64,000 nucleotides of DNA. Origin: Geosiphon pyriformis uo1. Its lineage: Eukaryota > Fungi > Glomeromycota. The translations under genes were made by a program, and so were the position numbers. The stretch's first letter is position 1. Every line of letters begins with the position of its first letter. Location of the stretch: NCBI GenBank assembly GCA_016748015.1, contig JAAOMT010000664.1:935518-999517 (forward strand). The letters run 5' to 3'. Below are positions 24,699 to 34,900 of the stretch, piece by piece. Under the pieces are notes generated by a model, which ran no database searches, was not told the origin of the DNA, and saw only the letters and a list, made by a program, of their open reading frames with translations.

Positions 24699-25527
24699 TT
24701 ACGTAGTCACAGCTGCCTCGACACTTTTGATGTCAGGCAAATATTGTTGTATGGAAGAAGTGTCGATTGGAATAATATGACCATCTTCGGTGGTCAATGA
24801 GAAATCAATCACTTCCCATTCTTTGCCTGCATTACGTCGTATCGAATGAAAGTGTACGATCCCTGTTCCTGAAAAATTTTTCAAAAATCGAATATCGGCA
24901 TCACTCATTAAAACGTTTGGATTTTGTTATTCTGATTCTTCACGAAATCTTATCTCCCCCACCTTTATCCCCTTTTACACGATATCTGGCATCGATCCGT
25001 CCCTTCAAATTGTTCACCTTTCCCGATATCCAGGGCCATGACGAAGCGAATCCAATGTTTTCCCCCAATATATGTCGTACCTCGCTATTATACCGTAAAT
25101 TGAATAGACTACCTTGTATGGCGCTAGTGGATTGACGCTCGTGGTTCCAAGCCACTGCAATCGCAACAATCCAAGCGGAGATACCTAGTGTGGCGTAAAC
25201 GAAATATCGAGTGCGGGAAGGTGGATTCGGTAGTGGTCGTGGTGTACGCGCGTGTGTTGGTTTATGAAGTTTATGTGGAGGTTTAGTAGGAGTCGTTGAC
25301 AGAGAGGCTCTTTTGAAGGTGAAAGAAAAGGAAGAAGAGTGAGGTTTTGTTGGAAGGTCTAGGCGGGTGGTACTTGCTTTTGACGAGTTTGAGTAATGAA
25401 GCGTTGTAGAGGTGAGTTTAAAATGAAAGTGAGTGGTTTTTGAAAAAAGAAAATAACGACGAGGGGCTGGTCTACAAGTTGAAATTAGGGAACGAACACT
25501 AATAGTGTTTATGATGGCAGCAAGCAT
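24699..25527 (-). CDS. COA1: Cytochrome c oxidase assembly factor Coa1-like (2 exons)
   Basis: Mitochondrial presequence, one TM segment, NHERQSTSAIQGSLFNLR, LGENI, WPWISGKVNNLKGRID..YRVKG|GTGIVHFHSIR. Intron ~24962-24869. Confidence 0.85.
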
Positions 25528-26120
25528 TCTGGTTATTTAAATATTGGGTTCTAAGAAGTATCAGTAAAAAGTATCAAGTTTAATGACGCAGAAGCTTAAG
25601 TTAGTGTGAGAGTTTCACAGAGGTGGCATGTTATTTTGATAATCTAATTTTTTTTGGTAATCTTGGGGACAACTTTAATTTTATTGATAGTACTATCTTT
25701 TGTACTGGGATTCAGATTGATCCTAAAGAATACAATCTCGAGTAATTTTGAAATGAAAAAGATTACTGTTATTTACAGAAATTGAGCAAAATAATGGAAA
25801 CAGTTTCATTCTTGTTACTATATTTCAAGGTATCATTAATTGAGATTTTTAGAAATAAAAAGGGCTAAATTAGGAGTTCTTGACAAAAGGGATAAAGGGA
25901 AGTACAGCATAGTAGTGTGCACTTAAAATAGTCTATTGAATATAGTCACGAATTTTAGAAGGGTGTTTTTTTTTATCACCAAGGCCTGTGGCCAAAACCA
26001 CTAAAAGAAAATTCGAGGGTTATTTTCAATTGACAACATTTTTCATTTCAAACTCGAAGTTGAAAATTCAATAAAATTGAAACTTGACATACCAGGTTCA
26101 GGTATCAACAGAAGATTTCA

Positions 26121-26744
26121 TCAAGACTTGGAAAGTTTAATTTGAACCAAAGACAAAATATTGTGATTCACTTTTTTCTTGATATTCACATCAATATAAG
26201 TCGCATGACCAATTGCCCGAATTTCAATCCATTCATCATTTCGATAGATTGTCGGGTCCAAGAATAAATTTGTAGCAAATGCTCGTTTGTCATTAAAATC
26301 TTTTCTTTCAATGGTAAATACGTCATTTTCGATGGTTTTGTTGCGTTTAGTGCTTTTGGTTTCAATTGTGATCGATTTAATTAAGGCAATTCCATTGTAT
26401 TTTACGATTGAACTTATAGGAACTGTGTCGCCTACTTTATAAATTGTGTTGTTTTTTGGTTCTTTTATCACTATTTCATCTGAGATAAAAGTGTTAAATT
26501 TTAAAAGGAGGATTAATTAAATATGATTGCAATATAGATATATTTTAAATTGGGAATTTTGTATGAATTATGAGAAGAGGAATAGAAATCTTTTTACAGC
26601 CCGAGATAAAAAAAAAAAAAAGAAATTTTTCTTTTATTTTTTTGGTTTTAAATTCTTACCTGCTTTAATAGAATTCAACAATAAAACACACCATAAAACA
26701 ACAAAAAAAAAGGTGAAACGGTTTGAAATTGTTGGTGAGGCCAT
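26121..26744 (-). CDS. Small secreted protein of unknown function (147 aa, 2 exons)
   Basis: Exon 1 (26744-26660) encodes signal-peptide-like MASPTISNRFTFFFVVLWCVLLLNSIKA. GTAAGA...CAG intron 26659-26480. Exon 2 continues in frame DEIVIKEPKNNTIYKVGDTVPI. Confidence 0.75.
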
Positions 26745-27899
26745 TTCTGGGCTATAGTGTTTTGATTTTCAAACTCCAATATATATTTGAAAAAAATATG
26801 TTCAAAGAGTAAGTTGATATCATTAAAGAAAAATAACGTAAAAGTGAATCAAAGCAATAAAATCAAGAAAAAAGGTGAAAGAAGGGGAAAGTTCGAAACT
26901 AGGCAGTTTATAATTTCGAAAAATATGCACAATCGGGGTTTTTTATAGCTTTTTATAGAATAACAATACTATGGTAAATAGATTCATGACCAAACATTGA
27001 TAAATTATGTTTAGTTTTAATAGAGATTTTGAAAATCAAGGCTGTGTATTTTTAACGAATTTCAAACATCATAATGACGCGGAAAAGGTGGTGGGGATAG
27101 TGGGAAAGTTGAATCTAAATAGCTCATAAAATAGAAATAAAGCAAATCTTTAATGTTATAACGGAAAAAACGAGATTCAAAAAGATTTTTGCATAATGTT
27201 AATTTGCAAAAGAAAATTGATTTTTGCATTTATTTGTGTTTAAAAATAGTTTCCGAAACGTTTAAACTTAAATCAAGTGTGAAACGCCAAGTAAAGCAAA
27301 AGATTAAACAAGAATTTTCAGGTCGAATTTTCGAAAATGAAAAAAACCCATTACAAGAAAGGAAAAAATTAATGTTGATGATGATCGAGCCATTTTTTTT
27401 TGAGGCTTGACAATGGATTTTTGCTCGTTTGAATGTGAATGAAGAATTTTGGTAATTAATAATAGAAATTCATAGGGAACTCTGATGGTGATAAGGGGTT
27501 AATTTCATCTTTTAGGAAATCAAAATTAAATTTATCTGACAGTAGATCCAAATTGTAATTTTGCAGTGTTCGAAAAAAAGAAGGTGAATAATTAAAGGAA
27601 ACAATCATCACAACAAACATTCTTTTTTAACTTTAATGGGTTGGTTCAATGATATATGCTGCGGAAAATAAGGGAACCACTAATCCCAAAATGGGAAATG
27701 AAAGATGAAATTGTATTCTTTTTCAATTAGGATGGATGGATAAAGTAAGAATTTTGGTTATTTTCACTTACTCTAAAATTATTTAATGAACTGTTTTCCT
27801 CTATATCATTAGAAATGAAGTCAACGATATATTTGAAATTTTTGAATATGATTACAGATTTAATATTTTTATTTATTTATTTATTAAAGAAAATGTTGG

Positions 27900-28210
27900 T
27901 TCGAAGATAAAACTCGCTTAATTCTTAATAAAGCTGTTTTTGAAGTTAAAATTTTCTAATTTTTATTGACCAAGCCAATATGCCTAAAGTTATTGACTGG
28001 CCATCTAATAGTTCCAATTTTAACCCTATGGAGTATTTAGAAGAATATAGAAAAAGAGTCAAATTTTTTTTTTTGCCAAATTAGAGTACTTTATGATTTA
28101 GAAGTGGACAGGTGTTTCGGATTCCATTATAAAGAGTTTAATAGTTATTTTCGAAATTATTTATATATAACCTATTATCAAAATATTGTACAATAATAAA
28201 GGGCAAATTT
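27900..28210 (+). mobile_element. Tc1/mariner transposase remnant
   Basis: MPKVIDWPSNSSNFNPMEY at 27980-28036 matches the W-P-x-x-S-P-D-L-N-P-I-E motif. Flanking sequence is heavily decayed. Confidence 0.55.
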
Positions 28211-31200
28211 TTTTTTCCCATAATATATTTTTCTCAAAGTTTTTTTATATAAACTTTTAATTTTTTATAGACCTCATTTTTTCAACCATTTGAAATTCAA
28301 ATCAAGAATTTGATTTAAACACATTTTACAAATTACATGCCCTTATTCTTGTTCCAATAAAAGGTTAAATTAGTTTTAAAAAATTATAATTTTATTGCAA
28401 ACATCAATTTAATTCTTCCTTTTATAAAGAAAGTACAAAGCATTTTGATTAAATATTAAAAATTAGAATCTCTAATTAGGCTTTTGAATAATAAAAATTC
28501 TGGAAATATATTCTCATTTTTTTTTTAATTTTTAATTTTGCTCAGGAATAATTGATTTAACAACATTTCTTATTTATTGTCTTCCCTTAATATAATTAAT
28601 TAAAATTGAATAAAAGATTTTTAAAAAATCATTCAAATTTCAACTGTTAGATGGTTTCAAGAAATTCCAATTTAAAACCACAAATTACAAAACCACTATT
28701 GGAAAATTGGTCGTGCTGTTAGAAGGGGGAGGAGAAGAGTCGGAAGAAATACAAGCTTCTTTTTAAAATAGCAAAATAAATGTTTACCATCCTACTTTGA
28801 TAAAAAGTTTTCTAAATTAAAGTCAATAAATCTGTTAAAGACTCGAAAATTCGAGTAATTAAAAGACGTTTTATATTCACTGCGCCCTAATAAATATTTT
28901 TAACCTTTAAAACATACTAGTTTTTCAACAATTCAACTCATTAATGGTAAAAATTGATTTCACTCTTTTAACAGAGGTCTATTGATAGAAAAACGTTTGT
29001 TAACATTAGGCTAATCATTGTATATAGAGAATATTTATCCAAAACTTATGAAATGCTTTAAGGTATTCTATAATTGCCGTATAATAAAAATTCTACTTTT
29101 AAAATGCGGAATTTTTTCTTTATGAGAAAAATGAAAATAAACAAAGTCTCGATTACAGTGAAATTTTGGGTTTTCACTTTATGCTTAAACAAAAATTAAA
29201 TTAAATGTCAAGGAACTCAAGTCATAATGTATTACGGTTTTTAGGCCCAAAAATTCTAAAAAGAAACTTTTAAACTTGTTATTACTCAAATCTTTATTTA
29301 AAACCTGGATGACTCATCAACTTCAAATTGGTGAAAGAGAAAACCCAATAAAATGATAGGAATTCTAAACGGCTTTTCTGTACTCGATGACAAGAAAGAC
29401 CCCCTAAACCTTTGATCGTAGTGGGGTGGATGCGCATTGTCATTGATAAGCATAATAAAAATAATATTTATAATAAAAACAATATTATTAATATATTTAA
29501 GCAAATAATTAAATATGTAAATAAGTATAATTTTATAAAATACAATATTAAAATTATGGTTGTCAAATTATACAAAAACATTGAAAACACTTTTCAAAAA
29601 AAAATTAAAAAAAAAATTAAATAATATATTTAATTTAGTTTTTAATAATATTAAGAATAAAACATTTAAAAATTACTTATAAGAATAATAATAAAGTTTT
29701 TAATACTTTAATATTATAAGTAATTTAGAAACTTATTTTAAAAAGTTGTATAATTGTAAAAATTTCAAAATTTTTTTTTTTATTAGTTTTAATTTCAATG
29801 TAATCAAAACTCAAAAAGTTATAAATAATTCATTTCAAAAATTTAAAATCAAAATCTTGTTAATTTCTGTGTTTTGTATTTTTTTTTATAAAATTAAAAT
29901 GCCAAAAAATTTTTTTATTACAATATTTATCTCTTTATTTATAACAAATTCAAAATATATTATTTGTTTAAAACCTATTTAATTAGATATTAAAAATTTT
30001 AATTTTAGTTGACAAAACCGTTTGGGTCTCACTCGTTAAAATAAAAATTATTTATTAAAAACTTTTTTAAATTATTGTTTTAAATATTAATAATAATAAA
30101 TTAACAGAAATAAAAATAATTAATTGTCTTAAATTAAAAAAAAAGTTATTATTTCATATAATAAACTTATTAACTTAAAAACAAAAAATTGTCAAAAATT
30201 AAAAAAATAAAAGTTTATAATAATCAACTATTTAATTTAAATATTAATAAATTAGCCAGCTTAAAAATTTTTTTTCTTATCTATATAATCTTTTATCAAT
30301 TAATAAAAAAACTTAACTATATAATTTAGATTTATTAACCAAAAAAAAATACAAAAATTAATACAGTTAAAACTTTTGCTAATAATAATTTTATTAAACA
30401 ACTACGAAATAATTGAAATTGATATTTCTAATAAAGCTGATTAAAAAAATAAATTAAAAGTTAAAAACTGTCTTAATCTTACCCTTTTAATAGTAAATAA
30501 TTGTATAATAATAGAAGATTGTTCTAATTTAAATCTGTTAAGTTTTTGTTATAATAAGATTGAAAAATAAACTTATTAGAATTAACCAAGTTAGAAAGCT
30601 AATAATAACATAGAAAAATTATATTTGATTGTTGATAATAAAACAAATTTAAAAACTTTTTTTGTAAAGAAAATAATTTTTAAGAATTAATAATAGAAAA
30701 CTGGTTTAATTTAAAACAATTAGATTTTAGTAATTAAACTCATTTTGGAGAAGTATTTTCTTTTAAAATTGAATGTGAATTTATATTTAATATTAATAAG
30801 AATAGTAATTTGAACCCCTTTTTTATTTCAAGTATAATAAAAATATTCCTAATTAGAAAAAGTAAAAATTGGCAAAAGAGAAGTAAATATAGAAAATAAT
30901 AAACAACACTACTACTTTGTTGAAAGAATTGATATTTTCAAAATTCACAATACTAAAAGAGTATAAGAAATTAAGTTATGAGTTAATATACTCGTATGAC
31001 ATCAAATGTTCACTTTGTTTGGTTTTGTTGCAGCACGCCCCATTCGATACTTTTCTTATTTAGCTTTAGTGATAGTCTGCTATCCAACTAAATGTTTATA
31101 TAATTTCGAAAAGCCTGATCAATGCTATCCGTGTAAGAGCCTGATCTTAGTTTCATAAATATGTATTCGATTTTCTTCATTTGAGATGTCAAAAACCCTT

Positions 31201-31245
31201 TAAAATTAGAAAATTTTTCACTATTTCCCTCATTCAAACAATAAA

Positions 31246-33482
31246 CTAAGCTCTCAACCCACGCTTTTCACTATTCCATAAACCATGAAATCCGAATGGA
31301 ACAACTTTTCCCTCGCTTAACTCAGCCCTCGCAATTTCTTCAAAAGTTTCAGCATCCAAAGCCAACAAGAAACTTGTTCCCCGAGTTCCATCCAAAATTA
31401 CACTCAATATTACCCCTTCATCTTCTGCTACAGCATTAGGAGCCGGAACAAAGATGGGTTCACTGGGGGTACATGCTTGTTGTTCCCATCGTTTATGAGA
31501 GAAGGTTCCATCAGGGTTTTGGTTTAGATCGAGTTTCAGAAGACTGTCATAAAATCGGCTATTTGGTTTTAATGAGCCTGAAATGCCTGTTAGGTTCGAT
31601 CACTAGAGTTTAGTACAAAAACTAGTTTAAAACAATAGAGTCTCAGAATAAGATGAAACATTTTCGTACCATAGGTATAACGATGCTTCTTCAAATGATA
31701 CCTCGAATAATCGATATTATATAATTCCATATTCAATTCTTGGGGCACTTGGAACACTCTTTCAGCCATTGGTAATTTTTTTTCATCGTTCACTGTAGCA
31801 GATGCCAAATTCTGGGAAACATTTTTCAATCTATACCGAGTTATTAAAGCTCCATATAGTTTAGATTCACTTAACTCGGTGATTTTCGCTAGTAAAGCAG
31901 GTAACGCCAAATTATCAATTATACTTTTATCTTTATGCTCTCCGAGATCCAACACTATATCATCTTCATTATCGTCCCACGCGTTTAACGTATGGAAACA
32001 GAAATATGTGGGTGAGGTGTATGTCGCCACATGTTTTTGTTGTTGACGATCAATTACATAGTAGAGGGTTTTTTCTTCAGGGTTCCATGACTTAAATGAA
32101 TGGGCAAGATTTTTCTCCCAGATGGTTTTTAACCCAGACCATGCATGGTCACATTGCCTAGTTGGAAAATAAAAGAGATTTAGCAAACATTAATCGATTT
32201 GCTTTTTAAAAAAAGTGATATTTATCCCTTACCACAAAATCAAAATAATATATTTCTTAGTTAAGGAAAGACTATGAATATAGACGGATCTCGCATTGAT
32301 GGTAGCAAAAATTTTGGTTACTGGCAATCCGGTTTCAGGATCCGTGCGAATGGAAAACACAGTATAAGCCGCTTTGAAGCCCATTTTTTGTGTAAAACTG
32401 ATATATTCTCCGGTTGAAGCGTCAAATTGTGGATGCGCTGGGCTGAGTTCACCAATCAGACGCGAATCGAAATGTTTAAAACTAAAAACTCGAAGTGGAT
32501 CTAGTGTCACGGGATCCAATTGTTTGAGCATATTGGCGTCAGTTTGAGACACGAGGGTACGATGATTTTTAAGGGATACGGTTTCGGGGATTGGAAGTGT
32601 GTTGGTGAGTGTTACCCCTATATTTTTGGTGTTGGGATCGATATCTCGGGAATTCCTTGATTTGGTAATTTGTTGAAAGGTTGTAAAAAACTAGGGAAGG
32701 AATTGAAAAGGTTATTTAATGGTTGGAGAACTTTGATGAATATCTTTGGCAATTTAATATTTTTACTTTTAAGACATTTCTTATGATACATATTCTACTA
32801 AATTACCTTTTGAAAAAGATTCTCACATAAATCTTGACCAAAACTGATATCCGATAGATAACCCTTTTCTTGAATAAGTTTCGTATCATTTGTGTTTGTA
32901 TCACGACTTCGATAACTGACGACTTGATCACGAATTTCAAATCGATGGACTGTAATAAATATAATAAGTGTGAATTAGTAAAAAGGGTAAAATCTTATTG
33001 GAATGTAAATTAGAAAAAGAGGCTTGTAAAAAATTATACCTTGAGAGGAGCAATCAAACCAATGCTGAAACTTGAAAATTTCGTCACTATCTTTTTTCGG
33101 AACCTCAAAGGTTCTTGAAATAGAGAAGGAATATGAAAAATTTTAGTTTTATTTAATGAATGGCTAAATTTTCGCTATAGCAAAAAAATTATGTGAATTT
33201 CTCACCCAGGTCCATTACGATACAATTCACCTTCCAACCATTCTGGAAATTTTCCTTTTACTGTCAGGTTGACTGATTCCGGTGTTTCTTGACTATTTTG
33301 AAATCCTTAAGGGATATTTAATTAACAAGGTAAAGGCTTTGTTTCAGATCGGGACCCAATATTTTCGGGAGCACAATTTCAAGAAATTTTAATGATGGAA
33401 AATAATTATAATTCGGAATTAAAAAATTACCCTTTTCAAAAGCCAGCGATACTCCAGGAGTTTTAATGGTATCAGTAGCCAT
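31246..33482 (-). CDS. Carotenoid cleavage oxygenase (RPE65/CCO family), multi-exon
   Basis: GKFPEWLEGELYRNGPG, FQHWFD, four Fe-ligand His (PAHP, YIHS, CFHT, GFHG), EPIFVPAPNAVAEDEGVILS. Confidence 0.93.
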
Positions 33483-34008
33483 CTTTGACGAAAAAGTTTG
33501 ACGAAAAAGTTTGCCAAACAGTTTCAATTTGTGAATTGGTGCCAAGTCTGAATGAAAAAAAGTTTTTGATATTAGAACAACACGAGGGGGTTATCAGTGT
33601 TTGGGAACTAATGATCTTTTATAAAATGAGTAGAGCTGTATTTATTAAGAATTTTTGAAGAATAAAGGGGTAAATTTAGCAACCGGGAGGGGGGGTTTTG
33701 ATAGGGATGATAAGAGAGATCTTTGGTAACAAATTCGGCTAAATTATTAATATTCATATTGAATTAGGTGTGGAATGGTAAATTGTTTTTTTTGGATGTT
33801 CTATTTTTAAACAAAAAAGAAACTCACCATTCTATCTAGTTTATAAGAGCTTATAGACCGTTGTATTCCTCACGATAAGCGGTTTTTTAATCAAATGAGC
33901 ATTTAGAAAACCCTTTCCCGGTATGTACTATAACTTTGGATTAAATTGCGTTTTTGGTCTAACTAAAATAATGATATCCATACATCGATATTGGATGATT
34001 GTAACCCA

Positions 34009-34589
34009 TCAATAATAGGTAATACTAATCATGTTCACCACCGTACCAAGCAATCCCCGGAGGAAGATTCCCACGAGCGCTATTTTCATCTCTATCCATA
34101 AGAAGCTTACACCTCAGATTTTTTGATATTTCCACATCATTTTGGATGAGAACTCAGACTCATAATTCTTCCGCCCCGGTGATCAGACGTTGAAGAAATC
34201 AATAGTGCATCTTTCTAACTGTTTTTCGAGTGATTTTCTCGTTTTTCGAAAGGGAGGAATGACAATAGGCATCAAATTCGTGAATGAAAAATGTAACAGC
34301 CTTTCTGTGTATTTCTATATTCAAGTGTAAGATCTTTTCATGGATCCACCTAATCTCCTTTTCTAATCATCTGACTTTAGCTTTCTTACGTTTTGAGGAG
34401 GTATTTAATTTATCTTTCTTTGAGCAAAGGTCATACATAAATTTGCAGAGGCGAACAATACGACTGATATCACAAGAGCCTATTTTGCCTACACCTTTTG
34501 TTGGGAAATACCATGTAAATGCCAGGATCTGTCTCATTAGTTTTGTGATAGTAAGTGAGCTTGACATCAGATTGAAACACTTGTTGTTT
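34009..34589 (-). pseudogene. tnpB: Fanzor2 / IS607-TnpB RNA-guided nuclease relic
   Basis: SDVKLTY; DPG (34529-34521); FTWYFPTKGVGKIGSCDISRIVRLCKFMYDLCSK; IHRKAVTFF..EFD; IVIPPF (34266-34249); KITRKTVRKM.HY*FLQRLI..AEE; CGNI...C; MDRDENSARG/IFLR (34099-34058). Frameshifts, stops and deletions throughout. Confidence 0.85.
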
Positions 34590-34900
34590 TCATGCTTTTT
34601 TTCGAAAGAGGTCAAAGGCAAACAGGCTGAGTCGATCCAAGTGGGTAATGGAAACCCCAGAGACTGATCGTTCCATTAAGGTCTTATGCCCCTGGCGCTT
34701 GAAGTTGACGCCAGAGCCGATATTACTGATGAGCTCATATGAGGAAAAAGTTGAATTTGTCGCTCAAAGATGCTCTTTTTGCTTTGCACTAGAGATAAGC
34801 TTTCTTGGTAGTAGAGGTGATATCAGCATTTTGAGAAGTTAGTTTAGGAAAGAGGAAAGACTTGAGCAACTGATTGATATTTTTATTGATAGGCATTAAA
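34590..34900 (-). pseudogene. tnpA: IS607-family TnpA serine recombinase relic
   Basis: KKAYL/SSAKQKEHL (34793-34767), YELISNIGSGVNFKRQG (34739-34689) and HLDRLSLFAFDLF (34643-34605) match the pattern YxRVSS.KQ..DL / DIGSGLNFKR.G / H.DRL.RF.F.L. Confidence 0.8.

Noticed and set aside
29500-30800. Possible ancient TE relic in extremely AT-rich DNA
   Set aside because: No motif could be read with confidence.
34284-34842. Plus-strand ORFs 34284-34667 and 34648-34842 as genes
   Set aside because: Antisense shadows of the IS607/Fanzor relic with no recognisable motifs.
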